Shown here in pieces: positions 57,325 through 64,000 of a DNA stretch of 64,000 nt. Origin of the DNA: Candidatus Xenobia bacterium (lineage in GTDB: Bacteria; Vulcanimicrobiota; Xenobia; Xenobiales; QWHO01); the NCBI GenBank assembly GCA_045863235.1, contig BTUM01000027.1, positions 20,667 through 84,666 on the forward strand, read 5' to 3'. Both the position numbers and the translations under genes were made by a program. Position 1 is the stretch's first letter, and the number at the start of each line of letters is the position of its first letter. The notes beneath the pieces were generated by a model. The model did not search any database, was not told where the DNA came from, and saw only the letters and a program-made list of their open reading frames with translations.

Positions 57325-57648
57325 CTACAGCTGCATCTGGAACAGCGTGGTCGTGGCTGTGGCCAGTTTGGAAGCGATGGTGGTGGTCATCTTCATCGCT
57401 ACCTCGGCTTTGGCGCCGGCGATGGTCATCTCGTGGATGTTGTCCATGTTGCCGGTGGCCAGAGCCTGGGTCATCTTCTTGGAGTTGTCTTGCACCGTGT
57501 TGACGGTGTTGATCGCATTGCCCAGAAGGGAGGCAAACGTGTTGGCCTGCTCTTCGGTGGGCTTGACGAGGGAGGGAGCCGAAGTACCGTCGAGGCCTTT
57601 GATGCCGCCGATACCACCGATGGGAGTCATGGAGAAGGGTTGCTGCAC
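57325..57648 (-). CDS. fliE: FliE
   Basis: FASLLGNAI..VN..Q, LATG...IHE..IA..KA, FQMQL end. Confidence 0.9.
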   Translation of the reverse strand: MQQPFSMTPIGGIGGIKGLDGTSAPSLVKPTEEQANTFASLLGNAINTVNTVQDNSKKMTQALATGNMDNIHEMTIAGAKAEVAMKMTTTIASKLATATTTLFQMQL

Positions 57649-57667
57649 TGCCTGTTCCTCCTAAATC

Positions 57668-58147
57668 TTAGCCCTTACCGATTTCCAAAGCCTTCATCGC
57701 CATCGCCTTGGCCGACTCGACCGTGGTGGCGTTCGCTTCGAAGGCGCGACTGGCCTGAATCATTGTCGTCATTTCCTGGATAATATTCACATTGGGCATG
57801 GCCACGTATCCCTTGTGGGGGCCGTCCTTCTCCGCGTTGGGATTGCCGGGGTCGTAGACCCAGCGATAGTCCGACTGGTCCTTCTCGATCCCCTGCACTT
57901 TGACCCCGCCACCGTGGAACTTGACCGGGTCTTTGTTGAGGTCGATATCGAAGGACGCAGTGGCAAAGTCGCTTTCGAACTCAGCCTTCATCTGAGGGGA
58001 TACCATCGCCACCTGGCGCTGATAGGGAGTGCCTGCCTCGGTCTTGGAGGTGTTGGCATTGGCGATGTTCTCGGAGATGACGTTCATCCGGAACTGCTCG
58101 GCCGACATTCCACTGGCCGCGATGTCAAAGGTCTGGAAAAACTTCAC
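57668..58147 (-). CDS. flgC: Rod protein FlgC
   Basis: ISENIANANT, PYQRQ, YDPGNP, MPNVNIIQEM, ASRAFEAN. Confidence 0.96.
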   Translation of the reverse strand: MKFFQTFDIAASGMSAEQFRMNVISENIANANTSKTEAGTPYQRQVAMVSPQMKAEFESDFATASFDIDLNKDPVKFHGGGVKVQGIEKDQSDYRWVYDPGNPNAEKDGPHKGYVAMPNVNIIQEMTTMIQASRAFEANATTVESAKAMAMKALEIGKG

Positions 58148-58166
58148 TGGTCAGCCTCCTTCGGAT

Positions 58167-58586
58167 TTAGCGACCGCTATTCTCGACGACCCATTTGAGC
58201 GCGCCATAGATCCCGGAGATCTTAGTAGCGAGCGCGTTGTACATGATCTGGTTCTTGGCCAGGCTGGCCATTTCTTGGTTGACGTCGACCTTGCCGACCT
58301 GGTCGACCAACTCAGGCTGCAGGCTGGCCATCGACCAACCGGTTCCATCCAGAGTGAACTCTTTGTCGACCGCCCCCGCCGCGCCGACCGCCACTTCACC
58401 GTTCTTCTCCGCATCCTCGTTGGCCATCGCCTCGCGGAGGTGGGTTTCGAAGACCACGGTCTGGCCCTGATAACCCGGAGTGTTGATGTTGGCAATGTTG
58501 TTGGAGATGACCTGCTGACGCATGCTGGCTGCGTTCAGCGCCTTCTCGAGCATAGTCGTGTCAACTATACTGTAAGGCTTGCCCAT
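58167..58586 (-). CDS. flgB: Rod protein FlgB
   Basis: RQQVISNNIANINTPGY, VDVNQEMASLAKNQIMY; SD GGAGGAG before ATG 58586. Confidence 0.93.
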   Translation of the reverse strand: MGKPYSIVDTTMLEKALNAASMRQQVISNNIANINTPGYQGQTVVFETHLREAMANEDAEKNGEVAVGAAGAVDKEFTLDGTGWSMASLQPELVDQVGKVDVNQEMASLAKNQIMYNALATKISGIYGALKWVVENSGR

Positions 58587-58746
58587 AATCGGTACTCCTC
58601 CCTGCTTTCGAACCCGTAGTGCCAAAAGCGGCTGGCCTGAGTTGTCGGGGACCGTCTCTGTCTGTAAGGTCCGTCCTGGTCGTCGCTGGTTGCTCAAACG
58701 CGCTACACGCAGAGCTTAAGCGCCTGTTTTCAGTGTATCGGCAGGC

Positions 58747-58787
58747 TGTTTCCAGCTTATTAGCGCTATGTTAACAGAGTGTTAACG
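58747..58787. promoter_or_regulatory. Phased boxes TGTTTCCA ... TGTTAACA-gag-TGTTAACG upstream of flgB
   Basis: Units at 58747, 58769, 58780 (multiples of 11 bp); further pair ACTTTACA-ttt-TGGAAACA at 58891-58909. Confidence 0.65.
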
Positions 58788-59024
58788 AGACTGACGGAAC
58801 TGCCGGGGTCAAGAGAATGATGTTTCTGTAACGTTTCCAGTTCGCTCGACCGGGGTCGATATCCTGGAAAGCGATGTCCCGGGGAGAGCCACTTTACATT
58901 TTGGAAACAGGTGGGATAAGCAGGGAGAAACCGAACCGAGGGTAAACTCTGGCCTTGTTGCGTCAGAGTCCAGTGTAACTCCCGACGCGTTCGCTTACAA
59001 GCTTGGAAAGTTGGTGAAGGATCC

Positions 59025-59501
59025 TTGGATCCGATGAGGCCTGGCCCGCCGCCCGGAACTCCCGGCGGCGTACAAATACCGCTAACCGAAGAGTGGTTTC
59101 GGGCCCAGAAGAAGGCCCTCAAGGAAGCTGGCATGGAGAAATACAATGCCGCTTCCAACGAGGCTAGCGATGTCTATAGCCCTAGCGAGGCGGCCCAGAA
59201 GATCCCAGGTGAGCAGCAAGAGAAGTTCCTGGCCAACGTGATGCCCTCCTTGCTCGAGATGGACGAAAACGACGAGAACTTCCTGCCCGACGCCACCGAG
59301 AAGTTGGTCGGGTCAGCCCTGGAGCAAGAATTCGGGGAAGAGATCCAGCAAAAACCTGGCTTTCCACAGATGCAGCAGAAAATCAGCCGCACCATCCTGT
59401 CCGATGATCGCTACCGGGAAGTCGTGGTCGACTTTCTCAACTGTGTACTGCAGCACAAGGGAAGAACGGGCGAAGAGCCGGCTCCGGCCCCCCAGGAGTA
59501 G
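59025..59501 (+). CDS. Acidic hypothetical protein divergent from flgB
   Basis: SD GAAGGA then TTG; disordered N-terminus, helical C-terminus. Confidence 0.7.
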   Translation: MDPMRPGPPPGTPGGVQIPLTEEWFRAQKKALKEAGMEKYNAASNEASDVYSPSEAAQKIPGEQQEKFLANVMPSLLEMDENDENFLPDATEKLVGSALEQEFGEEIQQKPGFPQMQQKISRTILSDDRYREVVVDFLNCVLQHKGRTGEEPAPAPQE

Positions 59502-59530
59502 GCTGCCGACGGCACGAAGCGGCGGCAGCC

Positions 59531-60625
59531 ATGTCCGTAACCACTGAGCAAGTTCTTCAGGCACTGAGTGCCGTCAACGACCCGGAGTTGGGGCGCGACG
59601 TCGTCACTCTGGGAATGATCAAAGACCTCACCGTGCAGGGGGGCAAGGTTCACTTCACACTCGAGTTGACCACCCCGGCCTGCCCCGTCAAAGAGGAGTT
59701 CAAGGCCAGTTGCCAGCAAGCGGTCGCTGCCCTGGCGGGCGTAGAGAGCGTGACAGTCGAACTCTCGGCCCGCCAGCGGGCCACCCGCCCGGCCCTCGGC
59801 AGCGAGCTGGCCCGCGAGGTCAAGAACATCCTGGCCGTGGCCAGCGGGAAAGGTGGCGTCGGGAAATCGACCGTGGCCAGCAACCTGGCCTGCGCCCTGG
59901 CCGCTGAGGGGGCCCGAGTAGGACTGCTCGACCTGGACGTCTATGGACCGAGCATTCCCGCCCTGCTGGGCCTCAAGCACGGCGAGCTGGCTTACTACGA
60001 GGACACCCAGCTGGTGGCCCCGATGGAAAAGTTCGGCCTGAAGATCATGTCCATGGGCTTTCTGGTGCCACCCGGGCAGTCGGTCATCTGGCGCGGCCCC
60101 ATGCTCCACGGCCAGATCGACTTCTTCTTCCGCAAGGTCCACTGGGGCGAGCTCGACTACCTGGTGGTCGATCTCCCCCCCGGGACCGGAGATGTCCAAC
60201 TCTCGCTTTCGCAGCTGGTGCCCCTGGGAGGAGCGGTCGTTGTCTCCACCCCGCAGGACGTGGCTTTGGGAGTGGCCACCAAAGCGATCAACATGTTCGA
60301 GAAGCTCAAGGTGCCCGTTCTGGGACTGGTCGAGAACATGAGCTACTACGCTTGCCCACACTGCCACCAGCGCGATGATGTCTTCGGGCACGGCGGAGCG
60401 CGCGATACGGCCAGCAGGTTGGGCGTGGCCTTCCTGGGCGAGATTCCCCTCAACAGCCAGGTGCGTCAGGCCGGCGACGAGGGCGCTCCGGTGGTGGTCG
60501 CCCAACCCGACTCGGCAGCCGCCCAGGCCTTCCGCGCTTGCGCCCGCCTTACGGCGGGCCGCCTCAGCGTGGCCGCCGTGGAAGGCACCGACGCCCTGAA
60601 GAGCAACCTGCTTCCCGTCCCTTGA
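59531..60625 (+). CDS. mrp: Mrp/ApbC Fe-S cluster carrier ATPase
   Basis: DUF59 N-domain (DPELG, ACP), GKGGVGKST, DLPPGTGD, ENMS..CPHC. Confidence 0.95.
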   Translation: MSVTTEQVLQALSAVNDPELGRDVVTLGMIKDLTVQGGKVHFTLELTTPACPVKEEFKASCQQAVAALAGVESVTVELSARQRATRPALGSELAREVKNILAVASGKGGVGKSTVASNLACALAAEGARVGLLDLDVYGPSIPALLGLKHGELAYYEDTQLVAPMEKFGLKIMSMGFLVPPGQSVIWRGPMLHGQIDFFFRKVHWGELDYLVVDLPPGTGDVQLSLSQLVPLGGAVVVSTPQDVALGVATKAINMFEKLKVPVLGLVENMSYYACPHCHQRDDVFGHGGARDTASRLGVAFLGEIPLNSQVRQAGDEGAPVVVAQPDSAAAQAFRACARLTAGRLSVAAVEGTDALKSNLLPVP

Positions 60626-60832
60626 CAGGGTTTTTCCGGCTGCGCGACGTGTTCCACGCCGGCACGGCATGCCAGGGTCTCTCAATCAGCCTGGCTTGAG
60701 GTTGGTCACACGAGCGTGACACGGTCGGAATCCGCGCTCGTTTCGTAACGGTAGGGCTCGGTTCCTCACCTGCAGGGTAGGAGTGGGCGTCCGGTCGTCA
60801 AAGGAATCCCCTTCGAAAGGGGAATTGCCGGC

Positions 60833-61798
60833 ATGAGAAAGTGGCTGACCGGAGCGGCCCTGACGGCCGTAACAGCGCTGACGGTGGCAGGATTGAGCGC
60901 TCCGTCCAGAGGTTGCATCGCCATACCGATCGACAGGCCCAACCAGCCGCCCGTCAGCATGCGGCTGGCCGAGCAGCGGGCCTTCATCTTCCGAGAGAAG
61001 GACAAGCAGCACCTGGTGCTCTCCATCCAGTATGACGGAGCGGCCGGTGAGTTCGCCTGGATCATCCCCGTGGAGTCCAAGCCCGAGGTGGACGTGCTGG
61101 CCGGGGCCCCCTTCACCGAGTTGCGCAAAATGACGCGCATCCAGGAGCCCGTGGCCCCGGCCGGGGCGTTGCGAGCCCCCACGGCGGCAGCTCCCGAGGC
61201 CTCGGTGCAGGTGCTGGAGCGCAAGGAGGCCGGGCCCTACGACCTGGCGGTGCTTCGAGCTTCCAATACCGGCGGACTCTACGAGTGGTTGAACAAGAAC
61301 GGCTTTAAACTGAACAAGAACTCGAGAGGCGCCCTGGACAGCTACGTCACCCGCAATTTCGTGTTCGTGGCCGCGCGCATCCGGCCCGGAAGTCAGCACA
61401 ACCAGACCGTAGCCGAGCGGCTGCGCTCAGGCACCATTGCCCCTCTGCATATGGTCTACAAGACCCCCCAGCTCAGCTATCCCCTGCGAGTCACCTCGGG
61501 CAATCCGGGAGTCTCCCACATGGAGCTCTACGTGCTGAACCCCACCCGCTCCGACTTCGGGGCTCTCGAGCCGGTGAGGTTCCGCCTCACGCCGCAGGGG
61601 TCCAGGGGCTTCCGAATTTCGGGCCCGGCCAACCTGGCCAACCCGGAAGGGGAGTTTCCCACCATCCGCACGCTGATCCCCAAAGGTGGCACGCTGGTCA
61701 AGCTGGAAGGCGATCTGTCCGACGAGCAGCGCCAGAAAGACCTCGTCTTCGACGCGCCCGGGGACAAGAAAGATCCCTTCAATCCCAACAGGAGATGA
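60833..61798 (+). CDS. Secreted DUF2330-like protein
   Basis: Signal peptide ending ...GC; FAWIIPV...P, GPYD..VL, WL..NGF, YPLR. Confidence 0.7.
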   Translation: MRKWLTGAALTAVTALTVAGLSAPSRGCIAIPIDRPNQPPVSMRLAEQRAFIFREKDKQHLVLSIQYDGAAGEFAWIIPVESKPEVDVLAGAPFTELRKMTRIQEPVAPAGALRAPTAAAPEASVQVLERKEAGPYDLAVLRASNTGGLYEWLNKNGFKLNKNSRGALDSYVTRNFVFVAARIRPGSQHNQTVAERLRSGTIAPLHMVYKTPQLSYPLRVTSGNPGVSHMELYVLNPTRSDFGALEPVRFRLTPQGSRGFRISGPANLANPEGEFPTIRTLIPKGGTLVKLEGDLSDEQRQKDLVFDAPGDKKDPFNPNRR

Positions 61799-61847
61799 GG
61801 TTCTCTGCCTCCTGACCAGGGGCGACTCGATGCGGCGCTACGCTCTA

Positions 61848-63005
61848 TCAGTCCGGAGGGCTCTTCAAGACCTCCAGAAGGGCATCGCCGTGCTGCTCCA
61901 GACGCCAGCTCTCAAAGCCGGGCACGGCAGCCAGTTGCTCCATGGTGGTCGGTTGGCTGCGAGCAACCTGCCGCAGCAGCCGGTTGGGCACGACCTGGTC
62001 TGCCTCCACCCCGGCCAGGCTGGCCGTTTCGTTTCGCCAGCGGCGCAAGCGGTCGAAGATCTCCTGCTCGGTCCGCGACAGGCGGTTCTCCACGAACTTG
62101 CTCTTGGCCGGCTCCGGAAATCCCACGAATCCCAGCTTGTGCCCTCGCTGGATCGCTTCGAAAAGCTCCTGGCGATGGGCTTCGGGTAGCTCGGATGGGT
62201 CGGTCGGGGCCCGCCGGGCCAGCTCGCACAGGAAACGATCGGATAAAACGCGGAAGGCCGCCTGATCGCGCCGCCTGGCCTCTTCATCGCGCCACCGGTA
62301 AAGCTCGCTCAAGATGGCCCGCCCCAGCCCGTTGAGGTCTCGCACTCCACGCATTCGCGTCCAGCCGGCCGGGTCGAACTGACGGGGAACGTGCACCCGG
62401 TCAAGAATGCGATCGAACTCCGAGCTGGCCTGCTCGAGCCTGCCCTGGTCGCGCAGCTCGGTCAGCAGCACCTCCCGCAGCTGGATCAGATAGCGAGTAT
62501 CCGTCCGGGCATACTCCTCCTGCTCAGGGCTGAGGGGCCGCTGGCGCCAGTCGGCCGTCTGCATGTCCTTGTCGAGCTGGACCCGAAAGTGCTCTTCCAG
62601 CAAGGCTGCTAGACCACAACGCGCATAGCCGAGAATGCGTGCGGCCAGGTAGGTGTCGAACACGCTCCGTACCGTCTCGAAACCCAGCGGGCCCCGCAGG
62701 TAGGGAATATCATTCTCACCGGCGTGGAGAACCTTGATCTTGGATGGGTCGGCCAGGATCTTGCCCAGCGGAGCCAGCTCCAGTCCAGCCAGAGGATCGA
62801 GCAGGAAGTCGGAGTCGGGGGTGGAGAGCTGGATCAGGCAGACCTTTCCAAAATAGGAGTAATAGGAGTCCATCTCCAGGTCGAGCGCCAGAATTGGCGC
62901 TCGCTCCAGCTCGTCCCACACCTCCCCCAGCAGTGCGGATGTGGAAATCAATGGCGGAGCGTTCCGAGTCACCGGCCTACCTGATTCGGGGGACAGAGGG
63001 CTCAA
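61848..63005 (-). CDS. rnd: Ribonuclease D (DEDDy exonuclease with two HRDC domains)
   Basis: LDLE, CLIQ, KVLHA..D, FDT..AA, DWRQRPL, YARTD; HRDC x2. Confidence 0.92.
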   Translation of the reverse strand: MSPLSPESGRPVTRNAPPLISTSALLGEVWDELERAPILALDLEMDSYYSYFGKVCLIQLSTPDSDFLLDPLAGLELAPLGKILADPSKIKVLHAGENDIPYLRGPLGFETVRSVFDTYLAARILGYARCGLAALLEEHFRVQLDKDMQTADWRQRPLSPEQEEYARTDTRYLIQLREVLLTELRDQGRLEQASSEFDRILDRVHVPRQFDPAGWTRMRGVRDLNGLGRAILSELYRWRDEEARRRDQAAFRVLSDRFLCELARRAPTDPSELPEAHRQELFEAIQRGHKLGFVGFPEPAKSKFVENRLSRTEQEIFDRLRRWRNETASLAGVEADQVVPNRLLRQVARSQPTTMEQLAAVPGFESWRLEQHGDALLEVLKSPPD

Positions 63006-63018
63006 CCCTGTAGGGCGT

Positions 63019-63046
63019 TTGACATCGGGGGCCGGTTTGCTATAAT
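63019..63046 (+). promoter_or_regulatory. Consensus sigma70 promoter of tRNA-Leu
   Basis: TTGACA-N16-TATAAT with extended -10 TG. Confidence 0.85.
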
Positions 63047-63060
63047 GCTGAAGTTGTTCC

Positions 63061-63143
63061 GCGGAGGTGGCGGAATTGGCAGACGCGCACGTTTGAGGGG
63101 CGTGTGGGCAACCGTGGGGGTTCGAGTCCCCCCCTCCGCACCA
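63061..63143 (+). tRNA. tRNA-Leu (GAG)
   Basis: GCGGAGG acceptor stem, TT-GAG-GG anticodon loop, variable arm, GTTCGAGT, CCA. Confidence 0.95.
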
Positions 63144-63146
63144 GCA

Positions 63147-63175
63147 AAGAGGCCGCCTGAATCAGGCGGCCTCTT
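63147..63175. terminator. Hairpin terminator between tRNA and convergent CDS
   Basis: AAGAGGCCGCCTGA / TCAGGCGGCCTCTT inverted repeat. Confidence 0.75.
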
Positions 63176-63179
63176 GATT

Positions 63180-64000
63180 TTAGCGCCGCTGTGTGCGTCG
63201 GGGAAACGATCGCATCGGTCCGAGGGTGCCTGAATTGCGCCTGGATTCATAGCCGGGCACCCCCGCGGGCCGTCGATCGGGGCCAGGACCGGAACCGGGG
63301 CGCTCACCAGGCTTGTTTCGACCTGCAGGACCAGGCTGCTCGTCTGGGTCCGGCCGGCCAGGCCTGGGTGCTTCCCGGCCAGGACCCTCGGGTGGCCGCC
63401 CGGGCGGTCCATCCAGACCAGGTCTGTTGCCCTCCCCCCTCGGTTCGGGCGGCCAGCCCTGGCCCCCGGGTCCAGGGGGACCTTCGGGGCTCCCCGGCGG
63501 CCAACCTTGAGGTCGAGAACGCTCACCAGCACCTGCGGGATCGACTCCGCCCGCTCCGGAGGGCCGACGCTCGTCGCCAGGCTGACCGCCAGAGCTGGCG
63601 GGCGCCGGTCCGTCCCCACCGGGACCATGGTTGCGAGGCATCCGGCGGGGATAGTCCGGCCCCGGCAGGTTGTATCCCCGCTCAGGTCCCGTGTCAGGCC
63701 CGCCCGGACGACCCGGCTCGCCCGGGCCCATTCCCGGTCTACCCGGACGACCCGGCTCGCGCTGACCCATCCCCGGCCCATCCGGGCGACCCGGCTCGCG
63801 TGGGCCCATCCCCGGCCCATCCGGGCGACCCGGCTCGCGCTGACCCATCCCCGGCCCATCCGGGCGACCCGGCTCGCGCGGACCCATCCCCGGTCCACCC
63901 GGGCGGCCCGGCTCGCGCGGGCCCATTCCCGGCCCACCCGGGCGGCCCGGCTCGCGCGGGCCCATTCCCGGTCCACCCGGTCGGCCCGGCTCGCGCGGGC
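63180..64000 (-). CDS. C-terminal part of a Pro/Gly/Arg-rich protein (5' end outside window)
   Basis: Frame open to the window edge; 13-aa repeats MGPREPGRP[DG]GPG. Confidence 0.6.
   Translation of the reverse strand, partial: PREPGRPGGPGMGPREPGRPGGPGMGPREPGRPGGPGMGPREPGRPDGPGMGQREPGRPDGPGMGPREPGRPDGPGMGQREPGRPGRPGMGPGEPGRPGGPDTGPERGYNLPGPDYPRRMPRNHGPGGDGPAPASSGGQPGDERRPSGAGGVDPAGAGERSRPQGWPPGSPEGPPGPGGQGWPPEPRGEGNRPGLDGPPGRPPEGPGREAPRPGRPDPDEQPGPAGRNKPGERPGSGPGPDRRPAGVPGYESRRNSGTLGPMRSFPRRTQRR
63700..64000 (-). repeat. 39-bp coding tandem repeat, at least 7 units
   Basis: Recurrent CCCGGCTCGCG...CCCAT at 39-bp period. Confidence 0.88.

Noticed and set aside
40054..58586. Classical injectisome (NF-T3SS)
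   Set aside because: Contains FlgB, FlgC, FliE, FlgE/G, full FliF, FliG, FliM and FliO in flagellar order, with no secretin or SctD/J genes in the window.
58735..58765. Sigma28 promoter for flgB (GCCGATAC on minus strand); also GCCGATAA at 15470
   Set aside because: No properly matching TAAA -35 element; the flgB site can equally be read as a sigma70 -10 (TACACT).
29254..63143. Genomic island bounded by the two tRNA-Leu genes
   Set aside because: No integrase, no duplicated tRNA 3' ends, housekeeping genes interspersed and no obvious compositional shift.
63700..64000. 39-bp repeats as a CRISPR array
   Set aside because: Contiguous tandem units without unique spacers, in frame with a coding sequence.

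Overview
High-GC bacterial window, probably from a diderm (LolA-like protein, lipoproteins); the gene content is reminiscent of Eremiobacterota/Vulcanimicrobiota, but that is only a guess. The left half holds a lipoprotein metallopeptidase, an alpha-2-macroglobulin, a two-component system, a potADBC polyamine ABC transporter, a tandem-PilZ protein, a LigD-type polymerase, a glutamine-synthetase-like ligase, lon, tRNA-Leu(CAG), rnhA and a LysM-NlpC/P60 hydrolase. The main feature is a ~18.5 kb minus-strand cluster (40054-58586) collinear with a Bacillus-type fla/che operon: flgB flgC fliE fliF fliG' fliG fliH fliI fliJ slt fliK flgE/G fliM fliN fliN fliO fliP fliQ fliQ fliR flhB flhA. It lacks flgD, fliL, motAB, che genes, flhF/G, flagellin and flgK/L in this window. 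FliM has no CheY-binding peptide and FliG has lost two stator-contact arginines. Downstream lie three genes encoding an identical 81-aa pilin/needle-sized helical protein, plus a 473-aa protein ending in the same domain. A shared 11-bp-spaced TGTTAACA-type box precedes the export operons, the first 81-aa gene, the 473-aa gene and a harpin-like Gly/Gln-rich gene. Together these suggest (inference) a flagellum-derived, non-motile type III secretion/pilus system with its own filament subunit and regulon. The right end has mrp/apbC, a DUF2330-like protein, rnd, tRNA-Leu(GAG) and a truncated 13-aa-repeat protein.
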